IMG/VR virus record: IMGVR_UViG_3300045988_045270
DNA: 36,846 nucleotides
Reading direction: 5' to 3' (one strand)
Origin: a virus
Below the pieces are notes generated by a model, which saw only the letters and a list, made by a program, of their open reading frames with translations, was not told the DNA's origin and ran no database searches. This document shows, piece by piece, positions 1 through 8,077 of the stretch (the stretch's first letter is position 1; each line of letters opens with the position of its first letter). A program made the translations under genes and the position numbers.

Positions 1-84
1 ATTGTGGCTGAATCCGGGATTGATCCTGATAAAGAAATCACAGTTATGGCAGAAACTGGAAAAATCATTATTGAACAAAAAAAA
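1..84. repeat. Terminal direct repeat, identical to 36763-36846 except for the poly-A run (8 A here, 9 A at the 3' copy); consistent with a circular contig overlap
   Basis: Read directly: 84-nt identity between the window start and end. The run after 'ttgaac' is 8 A here (positions 77-84) and 9 A at 36837-36845. Confidence 0.9.
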
Positions 85-87
85 TAA
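1..87 (+). CDS. 3' end of the AbrB/MazE-like small DNA-binding protein gene (same gene as 36678..36846), partial at the window start; TAA at 85-87
   Basis: In frame with the ORF that starts at 36678, which encodes ...KIVAESGIDPDKEITVMAETGKIIIEQKK*. Confidence 0.5.
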   Translation: MVAESGIDPDKEITVMAETGKIIIEQKK

Positions 88-98
88 AGGCAAAAAAT

Positions 99-238
99 AT
101 GAAAGAAAAAACACAGAAACTCTTTGACGGAGCTTGCCCAGAATGCATTATCCTACTGACTTTTGAAGCTGATATGTACAAAGGCATGGAACTCGGCAGA
201 AAGTATACACTTGAAGAACTTGGACTATTGAAATTATG
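99..238 (+). CDS. Hypothetical 46-aa protein with a single CPEC motif
   Basis: ATG at 99 preceded by a purine-rich stretch, TGA at 236-238. Translation: MKEKTQKLFDGACPECIILLTFEADMYKGMELGRKYTLEELGLLKL. Confidence 0.3.
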
Positions 239-241
239 ATT

Positions 242-269
242 GAAAAAAGGGCATAAAAACCCTTTTTTC
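242..269. terminator. Hairpin AAAAAGGG-cataaaaa-CCCTTTTT, a putative bidirectional intrinsic terminator
   Basis: 8-bp stem with A/T-rich flanks, read directly from the sequence. Confidence 0.4.
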
Positions 270-340
270 TGGTAATAATTAGAGTATAATTACAGTAGAG
301 AAAGAGGGCAAAAAAATGTTGGAAAAGGAGGGCAAAAAAA

Positions 341-544
341 ATGGTATTTTCTAATAAAACATATGACATTCTAAAGTGGGTTGCACTTGTAGGAACAAAC
401 GCATTTTCAGCATTAATTATCACGCTCGGCAAAATCTGGGGATGGAGCTATGCAGTACCGATTGCAGGAACTATTTCGGCGATCGGAACGTGCATTGGTG
501 CGTGTTTACAATTAAGCTCAGCAAACTATAAAAGGGGTGAATAA
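341..544 (+). CDS. Putative class II holin with two transmembrane segments
   Basis: 67 aa with two hydrophobic helices (LKWVALVGTNAFSALIITLGKIW and AVPIAGTISAIGTCIGACL) and a charged C-terminus, immediately upstream of the endolysin. Confidence 0.55.
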   Translation: MVFSNKTYDILKWVALVGTNAFSALIITLGKIWGWSYAVPIAGTISAIGTCIGACLQLSSANYKRGE

Positions 545-892
545 ATGACTCCTGAAACAAGCGTAAGCATCGCATTACTTATTTCTTTGACATCGCTTGC
601 ATGTACGTTGATCAACACTTTTGCAGGTGGCAAAAAACGTCTGGAAGAACAGGCAGAGCGAGAAAAGAATAGGCAGATGGATATCGAAAAAAATTTTGTA
701 AAGATAAACTTAAAACTTGACGATTTTTGTGACACCACAAAAAAGATGATGGCAGAGAACAGTGAAAAGGCTGAGCAGTTGAAAAATGTATCAGAGCAAA
801 TCGTACTTGTTAAGGAACGCGTAAATACGTTGTTTAAGTACAAAGATGATCACGAAGCAAGAATCAAAGAGCTTGAAGACAAGATAAAATAA
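545..892 (+). CDS. BhlA/UviB/XhlA-like holin-associated membrane protein: N-terminal transmembrane segment plus coiled coil
   Basis: N-terminal hydrophobic segment ([19 protein letters not shown]) followed by a long charged coiled coil. It sits between the holin and the endolysin. Confidence 0.5.
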   Translation: MTPETSVSIALLISLTSLACTLINTFAGGKKRLEEQAEREKNRQMDIEKNFVKINLKLDDFCDTTKKMMAENSEKAEQLKNVSEQIVLVKERVNTLFKYKDDHEARIKELEDKIK

Positions 893-905
893 GGAGGGAT
901 TAAAA

Positions 906-1940
906 ATGTACGGTATTGATATTTCAAAACACAACGGCAATATTAATTTAGAGCCATATAAAGGACAGTTTGTAATTATTAGAGTTGGATACGGCCATTT
1001 CCATTTAGACGAAAAATTTGAAAGAAACGTGAATGAGTGCAAAAGGCTAGGCATTCCGTTTGGGGTTTATCATTATTCATATGCACTGAATGAAAAGGAA
1101 GCAGAGGAAGAAGCCAAAGGAGTGCTTAACGCAATTGCAAAATATAAGAACGATATCAAGGTTGGCGTATGGTTCGATATGGAAGATGCAGATGGATACA
1201 AAAAGAAACACGGCTTTAAGTTCTCAAATGGAACTATTGCACCTATTTGTTATAAGTTCTGTAAGATTATTGAGGACGCAGGATATTATGCAGGCATTTA
1301 CACATCTAGTTCATGGCTTCAGTATGTAAATGGATTAAATGACAGATTCGACAAATGGGTTGCCAATTGGGGCAAGAATGATGGAGCACAGCACACAAAC
1401 ACTTCTCAATATGGCACATTACAACAGTACACTTCTAAACCGTTAGACAAGAACGTAATGTATGCAGACCTTTCAAGATATTCAAGACGTAACACAACAC
1501 AGCCTCAGTCAAAACCAATTGATCAGATTGCTAATGAAGTAATTGCAGGGCAATGGGGTGATGGAGCTGACAGAAAGAAACGCTTAACCGATGCAGGATA
1601 TGACTACAATGCTGTTCAGAATGCAGTGAATGCAAAGCTGGCAAAGAAATCTAATGAAGAGATTGCACAGGAAGTCATTGCAGGAAAGTGGGGCAATGGT
1701 AATGATCGCAAACAGCGCTTAACAAGTGCTGGATATAACTACACTGAAATACAAGAAATTGTTAATAAATTGACGAGTGCTAATAAAGCAAGCAAAGCAG
1801 TATATTACACTGTTAAGAGTGGCGATACATTAAGTGGCATTGCTTCTAAATACGGAACGACATATCAGCGTTTAGCACAGATGAACGGTATTGCTAATCC
1901 AAACAAGATATATACTGGACAGCGTTTAAGAGTGAAGTAA
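906..1940 (+). CDS. Endolysin: GH25 muramidase domain, two CW_7 cell-wall-binding repeats, and a C-terminal LysM
   Basis: N-terminus [10 protein letters not shown]...VIIRVGYG...DMED is GH25-like. There is a tandem repeat [30 protein letters not shown] / [30 protein letters not shown] (CW_7-like). The C-terminus [30 protein letters not shown]...RLRV is LysM-like. Confidence 0.9.
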   Translation: MYGIDISKHNGNINLEPYKGQFVIIRVGYGHFHLDEKFERNVNECKRLGIPFGVYHYSYALNEKEAEEEAKGVLNAIAKYKNDIKVGVWFDMEDADGYKKKHGFKFSNGTIAPICYKFCKIIEDAGYYAGIYTSSSWLQYVNGLNDRFDKWVANWGKNDGAQHTNTSQYGTLQQYTSKPLDKNVMYADLSRYSRRNTTQPQSKPIDQIANEVIAGQWGDGADRKKRLTDAGYDYNAVQNAVNAKLAKKSNEEIAQEVIAGKWGNGNDRKQRLTSAGYNYTEIQEIVNKLTSANKASKAVYYTVKSGDTLSGIASKYGTTYQRLAQMNGIANPNKIYTGQRLRVK

Positions 1941-2320
1941 TGGCACAAGGCTATTATTCATGTAGCAGGTGTGGGAAGATACATCCGAAAGGATATGTAT
2001 GCCATGTAGAGAAGAAGCACTACAAGTACAGTTACAAAGAGTCAAGGCTGAGAAGCAAGAGCGTATGGACAGAGAAGAGCAAACAGATTAGAGAAGATGC
2101 AAACTATCTATGTGAAGTGTGCAAAGACAAAGGCATATATAACTATCGTAATGTTGAAGTACATCACATAGAGAAGTTGAAGGATAAGCCAGAGTTATGG
2201 TTGGAAGATGATAACCTTATATGCTTATGTAAAGACTGTCACAGGTTAGCTGATGCAGGAATGATTGACAAAGAGTATTTGAAGAAGTTAGCTAGGCAGA
2301 GAATAGACAGGCTGAAATAA
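1940..2320 (+). CDS. HNH endonuclease (packaging-associated)
   Basis: CxxC...EVHHIEKL...LCKDCH motif. The gene lies between the lysis and packaging genes, as in cos-type phages. Confidence 0.85.
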   Translation: MAQGYYSCSRCGKIHPKGYVCHVEKKHYKYSYKESRLRSKSVWTEKSKQIREDANYLCEVCKDKGIYNYRNVEVHHIEKLKDKPELWLEDDNLICLCKDCHRLADAGMIDKEYLKKLARQRIDRLK

Positions 2321-2543
2321 TCCCCCCCATGGTAACGGGCATTTTCTGGTGAGACAGTGAGATGAAACGCCCAAAGGAATGAACACAAAATTAAAAAAAT
2401 CTTATGGTTTTTTGGAAAAACGGCAAATATCACGCTATAATGTGAATATAGCCGTTTTTATGTTTCAAAAAGAAGCAAAAAAGCAAAAAAATGTTCCACG
2501 TGGAACATGAGCGGGCTATATGAATGAAAGGAAGAAAACAAAA
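2321..2543. promoter_or_regulatory. Non-coding region with a C7 run (2322-2328) and a perfect 18-bp palindrome ATGTTCCACGTGGAACAT (2491-2508); candidate cos or terminase-recognition region
   Basis: The palindrome and the unusual C-run in an AT-rich genome are read directly. The position between HNH and the packaging genes is typical for cos. Confidence 0.35.
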
Positions 2544-3098
2544 ATGGAAAACAAAAAAATGAACATTGTTTACAAGAAAGTTAAGGACTTAATTCCGTAT
2601 GAGAACAATCCGAGACATAATGATGAAGCTGTTGACTATGTAGCAAAGAGCATTGAATAGTTTGGCTTCAAAGTTCCGTGTGTTGTGAGTGGTGACGGCG
2701 TATTGATCACGGGTCATACAAGACTTAAAGCATTTAAGAAGTTAGGTATCGAAGAAGTTCCGTGCATTGTGGCTGATGATCTTACTGAAGATCAGATTAA
2801 GGCATTCAGGATTGCAGATAACAAAGTATCCGAATACAGCACATGGGACAACACAAAACTTGCTGAAGAACTGAGCGACATCATGATGGATATGACACAG
2901 TTCGGTGATGATCTTTTCAAGGATGATGATACGATGAACGTTGAGCTTCCCGAAGAAGAAAATCCTTACAGCCAGAAGAAACACATCCCACAGTATGAAC
3001 CGACAGGTGACTTTGTCGATATTATGGAACTTATTGATGATGAAAAGACAAACGAGTTGATAAAAGAAATCAAAGAGTCAAACGTCACTGAAGATTAA
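2544..3098 (+). pseudogene. ParB-like nuclease-domain gene interrupted by an in-frame TAG (2658-2660); the reading frame stays open for a further 75 codons beyond its TAA (3096-3098), to 3323
   Basis: Translation MENKKMNIVYKKVKDLIPYENNPRHNDEAVDYVAKSIE*FGFKVPCVVSGDGVLITGHTRLKAFKKLGIEEVPCIVADDL carries the ParB N-terminal domain motifs (NPR, SI..G...P, GHTRL). The TAG falls inside the conserved block. Confidence 0.6.
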
Positions 3099-3312
3099 AA
3101 GAATTTTCTCATCAAAGGGGCTTACAGACATCTTAAATTCAATTATTCAAAGATTGCTGACTATTATTCCAATGCATCTGAAGAAATGCAGATTCTCATG
3201 GAGAAATCAGCGCTTGTCATTATTGACATTGATGATGCAATTGCAAACGGATATGTGAAACTTACAAAGGCTGTCGAGGACTTGATTGCTGAAGGTGGGG
3301 GCGGTGAAGACA

Positions 3313-4173
3313 ATGATGAATAAAAACTTTGCTGTATTTATTCTTTCACATGGACGTGCGAACAATATCAAGACAGTTAATATGTTGAAACGTTTTCATT
3401 ATACAGGTGATTGGTATGTTGTTATAGACAATGAGGATGATCAAGAAGAACTGTACAGAAATGAGTTTGGAAATCACATCATTCAATTTGATAAGCGAGA
3501 CTATGTAAGCAAAATCGACCTTGGCGACATGGACACAGACAGAATGGTTGGCGTGTTTGCGAGAAACTTTATTCAAGATGAAGCAGAACGTCTTGGCTAT
3601 GAATGCCACCTACAGCTTGATGATGATTTTTCTGAAATCGCAATAAGATATGCAGATGATGATAAATTACAAAGCATGATGGTTACTGACCTTGATGCTG
3701 TATTCGATGCGTGCCTTGATTTATTTTTATCAACGCCGTTGACTGCTTTATCATTTGCATTATCAAGTGATTACATTGGCGGAGTTGCTAGTGATAGGTT
3801 CCAAGCAGGAATGTTCAGGAAAACAATGGGATCGTTTTTCTTAAAAGCAAAAGACAAATTTCAATTTGTCATGCGTATGAACGATGATATTACATCATGC
3901 ATTTTGCACGGATCACGAGGAAAGTTGTTCTATACCATTTCGAGCTTGCAGGTGATTACTCCTGCGACTCAGCATAATACTGGTGGAATGACTGACATCT
4001 ATCAAAAGAATGGTACATATCGAAAATCGTTTTACAGTGTCTTGTGTTGTCCTTCATTTGTGAAGGTTTCAGCGATGGGAATTACTGACTTCAGGATTCA
4101 TCACACTATCAGTTGGAATAATGCCGTGCCAAAGCTTCTATCTGAAAGGTGGTGCAAGCATGAAAGACATTGA
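3313..4173 (+). CDS. GT-A fold (GT2-like) nucleotide-sugar glycosyltransferase
   Basis: N-terminal beta-strand FAVFILSHGRA, VVIDNEDD near residue 40, and the DXD motif LQLDDDF near residue 100. Strong RBS AGGTGGGGGCGGTGAAG precedes the ATG at 3313. Confidence 0.5.
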   Translation: MMNKNFAVFILSHGRANNIKTVNMLKRFHYTGDWYVVIDNEDDQEELYRNEFGNHIIQFDKRDYVSKIDLGDMDTDRMVGVFARNFIQDEAERLGYECHLQLDDDFSEIAIRYADDDKLQSMMVTDLDAVFDACLDLFLSTPLTALSFALSSDYIGGVASDRFQAGMFRKTMGSFFLKAKDKFQFVMRMNDDITSCILHGSRGKLFYTISSLQVITPATQHNTGGMTDIYQKNGTYRKSFYSVLCCPSFVKVSAMGITDFRIHHTISWNNAVPKLLSERWCKHERH

Positions 4174-5260
4174 TTATCTTATTATAGGTGCAGGGCTGAG
4201 CGGTTCAGTGATTGCGAGGGAAATGACGGACAAGGGCTATAAATGCGTTATTCTGGAAGATCGCACCGAGGTTGGTGGAAATATAAGGGACAAGGAAATC
4301 AGCGGAATAAACGTGCATCTATACGGCCCTCATATATTTAGAACTAATGACATCGAAATATGGGCTTATGTTAACCGTTTCGCTAGTTTTAACAATTTTA
4401 TCAATGAACCTATTGCAAATTACAAAGGCGAAATATATAACCTTCCGTTTAACATGAACACATTCTCTAAACTGTGGAGAGTTACAACACCAGAAGAAGC
4501 AAAGAGAAAGATTGAGGAGCAGAGAATACCGTGTGAAGATCCGAAAAATCTCGAAGAATATGTTCTAAATCTTGTAGGCACGGATATTTATGATAAATTG
4601 ATAAAAGGATACACAGAAAAGCAGTGGGGCAAGCCATGCAAGGAACTTGATAAAAGTATTATCAGGCGTATTCCGTTGCGATTCACGTACAACAATAATT
4701 ATTTCAATGCAAAGTACCAAGGCATTCCCGTTGATGGTTATTCTAAGGCAGTAGAAAGACTCCTAGAAGGCGTTGAAGTGGTGACAGGGTATAAATGTTC
4801 ATGCTCAAGTAAAGAGTGGCTAGAAAGGGCAAAAAACGTGGTTCTGACAGGTGCTATTGACGAGTGGTACGGTTATTGCTTTGGAACGTTAGAATATCGT
4901 AGCCTGAAATTTGAAACAGAGGAATTGAAGGAAGAAAATCATCAAGGCAATGCTGTCGTGAATTATACCGATGCTAGAGTGCCGTATACCAGAGTTATTG
5001 AACACAAGCATTTCACAGGGGTGAATACATCGACAACCATTATCACGAAGGAATATCCGCAGAAATGGAATATCGGGAAAGAGCGGTACTATCCGATTGA
5101 AGATGAAAAGAACAAAGCACTGTATCAGAAATACAAAGAACTTGCAGACCGTGATGGATTGATCACAGTTGGAAGGCTTGCAGAGTACAAATATTATGAT
5201 ATGGAAGATACAATCAAAAGTGCATTAAAGGCGGTGAGAGAATTATGCGAAAAACAGTAA
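4160..5260 (+). CDS. glf: UDP-galactopyranose mutase (Glf-like flavoenzyme)
   Basis: FAD-binding DYLIIGAGLSGSVIA...GGNIRD motif, and HLYGPHIFRTND...VW.YVN.F..FN.F.N...A.YKGEIYNLPFNMNTF matches the UGM family along its whole length. RBS GAAAGGTGGTG. Confidence 0.85.
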   Translation: MKDIDYLIIGAGLSGSVIAREMTDKGYKCVILEDRTEVGGNIRDKEISGINVHLYGPHIFRTNDIEIWAYVNRFASFNNFINEPIANYKGEIYNLPFNMNTFSKLWRVTTPEEAKRKIEEQRIPCEDPKNLEEYVLNLVGTDIYDKLIKGYTEKQWGKPCKELDKSIIRRIPLRFTYNNNYFNAKYQGIPVDGYSKAVERLLEGVEVVTGYKCSCSSKEWLERAKNVVLTGAIDEWYGYCFGTLEYRSLKFETEELKEENHQGNAVVNYTDARVPYTRVIEHKHFTGVNTSTTIITKEYPQKWNIGKERYYPIEDEKNKALYQKYKELADRDGLITVGRLAEYKYYDMEDTIKSALKAVRELCEKQ

Positions 5261-5619
5261 ATGAACAGGCTGAAGAAATATTACAGAAAGCAGAAACATT
5301 CGGAGTTGATAAGAATTTCTTTTTTATCACGACATTCAGGCGATACATGGTACAGTTGAAAATATTAAACGAGCTTGAATCGTCGATAAAAAATGACGGC
5401 GTGTTGGTTACGAAAGAATATGTAAAAGGAAGAAAAAACGTATATTCACATCCAGCCATTCAGGATTATAACCGAACAACTGACAGTGCAAATAAGACAG
5501 TCAGCACGTTAATGAAGATCATTTCGAGATTTTCCAGTGATGATAATTCTGAAAATGATACTGACCCATTGCTTCAGCTGATAAATGGCGGTGACGATGA
5601 TGGCAGTGACGAGCAGTAA
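5245..5619 (+). CDS. terS: Terminase small subunit (P27 family)
   Basis: About 120 aa with ...KEYVKGRKNVYSHPA... and an acidic C-terminus, immediately upstream of TerL. Typical partner of an HNH endonuclease. Confidence 0.65.
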   Translation: MRKTVNEQAEEILQKAETFGVDKNFFFITTFRRYMVQLKILNELESSIKNDGVLVTKEYVKGRKNVYSHPAIQDYNRTTDSANKTVSTLMKIISRFSSDDNSENDTDPLLQLINGGDDDGSDEQ

Positions 5620-5681
5620 GGCTTATGAATATTGCAAAAACTCTGTCAGAAAGAAAACCACACCGAGATACGTCAAAAAGG

Positions 5682-5689
5682 TGTATAAT
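5682..5689 (+). promoter_or_regulatory. Extended -10 promoter TGtATAAT in front of the GIY-YIG gene
   Basis: TGTATAAT at 5682-5689, about 27 nt upstream of ATG 5717. Read directly. Confidence 0.4.
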
Positions 5690-5716
5690 ATACAGTAGAA
5701 AAGAGGTATCAACAAG

Positions 5717-6328
5717 ATGGGTACATATACTGTATATAAGCATACATCACCAAATGGAAAGGTATATATCGGAATCACAAAGCTAAGTGTTGAAAGACGG
5801 TGGCAAGAAGGAAAAAATTACAAGACAAGCAGTCATTTTAATAATGCCATAAAAAAATACGGATGGGACAACATTAAACATGAAATCCTATTTACAGGGC
5901 TTTCAAGAAGCGAAGCAGAAGCAAAAGAAATAGAACTAATTGCCAAATATGACAGCACGAATCAGCGTAATGGTTACAACATAGAAAAAGGCGGAAATAC
6001 TCCTGAAATGTCAGAAGAAACACGTCAAAAGATGAGCAAGGCACACAAAGGCAGAAAGTACAAAAAGCGTAGAAACCACACAGAAGAAGAAAAGCTAGCA
6101 ATTAGCAAAAAATTAAAAGGAAGGGCATCTCCAATGAAGGGAAAACATTGGAGCATAGAACAACGCAGTGCAGTAGGAACGCCTATAATATGCACAACGA
6201 CAGGTGAAGAATTTTATAGCATTCGTGATGCATCACGTTCTACAGGATGCGACAGAGCAAATATATCTAGAGTATTAAAAGGAGAATACAAACAGACAAG
6301 GGGGCTTAAGTTTGAGTATAAAAAATAG
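5717..6328 (+). CDS. Free-standing GIY-YIG homing endonuclease with NUMOD3-like repeats
   Basis: GIY-YIG motif YTVYKHTSPNGKVYIGIT...R...E, repeated KxxKGRK/SPMKGKHWS DNA-binding modules, and an HTH-like C-terminus. The gene is inserted between terS and terL and its stop is a tandem TAG-TAA. Confidence 0.85.
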   Translation: MGTYTVYKHTSPNGKVYIGITKLSVERRWQEGKNYKTSSHFNNAIKKYGWDNIKHEILFTGLSRSEAEAKEIELIAKYDSTNQRNGYNIEKGGNTPEMSEETRQKMSKAHKGRKYKKRRNHTEEEKLAISKKLKGRASPMKGKHWSIEQRSAVGTPIICTTTGEEFYSIRDASRSTGCDRANISRVLKGEYKQTRGLKFEYKK

Positions 6329-8000
6329 TAAAGCATATATATACTGCAAAGAAAATTATAGAAAACAGACTTGCCCTAAGTACGTCCGAAAGCAGATGCG
6401 AGACTGGATGAAGATTGCAGAAGGAAAAAACGCAAAGTACTTTGTATCTGAAAAGAAGGTTCAGCAGATCGAAAACATTCTGAAACTGCTTATCATGCCA
6501 AAAGGATTGAAAGCAGGACAGTCTATGTATAAGTGCGCAACTGGGTATCAATGGCTAATTTACACAGCCATGCTATGCACTGTATATCGTGACAAACCGA
6601 AAAATCGCAGATATGAGACAGGGCTGTTAGAAATATGCAGAAAGAATTTTAAGACATATACAGTCGGAACAATCTTTATTATCTTGTTTTTGACAGAGCC
6701 AAGGTTTTCAAAATTCTTTTCAGTTGCACCAGATGGAGCATTGTCAAGAGAAATAAAAGAAGCAATATCTGACACAATTAAAAGCAGTCCGCTTATTTAT
6801 GAATATAAAGGAACGAAGCGTTTTAAGTTGTTAAGGGACTACATTAAGTTCAAGCCGAATGAAAATACGTTGATCCCGTTAGCATACAGTAATAACCGTA
6901 TGGACGGACGTATGCCGAATGCATTTATCGCTGATGAAGTTGGAGCATTGCCAAATGGTTATCCTGTTGAAGCTATGCGTTCTGGACAGCTAAATGTTGT
7001 TAACAAACTAGGGTTCGTTATCAGCACAAAATATCCGACAATCGACAATCCTTTCGAGGACGAGGTCGCGTATGCCAAGAAGGTTCTTGATGGCATTGAG
7101 AAAGACGATACTATTTTTGCACTGTTGTATGAACCTGACAAAACATCAGACTGGGAAACAGACAATCTTGTTTTGAAGCAGGCGAATCCTGCATCATTAG
7201 AAATCCCTGAAATCTGGGATGATCTTGTCAAGAAGCGTGCGAGAGCCATTGCCATTGAGAATGAGCGAGAGAACTTTGTAACAAAGCACTGCAATATTAT
7301 CTATCAAGGGCAAGGAACTGAAACGTTTATTGACGTTAAAGATGTTCAAGCGTGCAAGGTTGCAGATATTGATTGGAACGGAAGGGTTGTATATTTAGGC
7401 GTTGACCTTTCAGAATCGAACGATAATACATCTGTTGCCATGGTTTCTGTAGATGATGATGATAACATTCTTGCAGAAAGTTTTGCGTTCATTCCAGCAG
7501 ACAGGATCACAGAGAAAACAATATCAGAGCGTGTGAACTATCAAGAACTATTGAAGAGTGATAAGGTGTTTGCATGTGGTGACAGAGTTATCTCATATGC
7601 GTTTGTCGAGCAGTTCATATTGAGTCTTGAGAGCCGTTATAACGTACAAATTCAGGCGATTGGATATGATAGATGGAATGCATTAAGTACAGCGCAGAAA
7701 CTGGCTAATGAGGGCTATAACACGGTTCAGATAAAGCAGTATTCAAGCGTGCTTCATTCTCCGACAAAGAGAATGAAAGAAGCAATCCTTAAACAGAAAT
7801 TCAAATACACAGAAAACAAGCTTCTTGAAATCAATTATCAGAATGCTAAATGTGCTTATGATACCAACAAAAATATGTATGTCAGCAAGAAAAAGAGCAA
7901 CGGCAAGGTTGATATGGTTGTATCACTTATCAATGCAATTTACCTTCTTGAACAGGATTATTTCTTGAATGAAGGTGACTTCACATTCCAGATGATTTAA
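6312..8000 (+). CDS. terL: Terminase large subunit (Terminase_1 family)
   Basis: N-terminal YFVSEKKVQQIENILKLLIMPKGLKAGQSMYKCATGYQW matches the Terminase_1 signature. Walker B ADEV and a C-terminal RNaseH-like nuclease region (VYLGVDLSESND...) are present. TTG start sits 6 nt after GGGGG. Confidence 0.9.
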   Translation: MSIKNSKAYIYCKENYRKQTCPKYVRKQMRDWMKIAEGKNAKYFVSEKKVQQIENILKLLIMPKGLKAGQSMYKCATGYQWLIYTAMLCTVYRDKPKNRRYETGLLEICRKNFKTYTVGTIFIILFLTEPRFSKFFSVAPDGALSREIKEAISDTIKSSPLIYEYKGTKRFKLLRDYIKFKPNENTLIPLAYSNNRMDGRMPNAFIADEVGALPNGYPVEAMRSGQLNVVNKLGFVISTKYPTIDNPFEDEVAYAKKVLDGIEKDDTIFALLYEPDKTSDWETDNLVLKQANPASLEIPEIWDDLVKKRARAIAIENERENFVTKHCNIIYQGQGTETFIDVKDVQACKVADIDWNGRVVYLGVDLSESNDNTSVAMVSVDDDDNILAESFAFIPADRITEKTISERVNYQELLKSDKVFACGDRVISYAFVEQFILSLESRYNVQIQAIGYDRWNALSTAQKLANEGYNTVQIKQYSSVLHSPTKRMKEAILKQKFKYTENKLLEINYQNAKCAYDTNKNMYVSKKKSNGKVDMVVSLINAIYLLEQDYFLNEGDFTFQMI

Positions 8001-8077
8001 TTGATATAAACGTGCATTTATGCTAATATATGGGTGTAAAAATGTTTCAAATAGAAAATACTAATAAAGGGGCGGTA

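Noticed and set aside
1090-1329. 79-aa ORF in an alternative frame inside the endolysin gene
   Set aside because: A shadow ORF within a confidently identified GH25 domain.
2658-2660. Genome-wide TAG stop-codon reassignment (for example to Gln or Pyl)
   Set aside because: TAG terminates SSB directly after its obligatory C-terminal DSELPF tip and terminates four other genes. Only the ParB-like gene needs read-through, so a local nonsense lesion is the more economical explanation.
3099-3312. Independent small gene (ATG 3186, 45 aa) between the ParB-like gene and the glycosyltransferase
   Set aside because: The frame is continuous with the ParB-like ORF and has no RBS of its own. It is treated as part of the decayed ParB-like gene rather than a separate gene.
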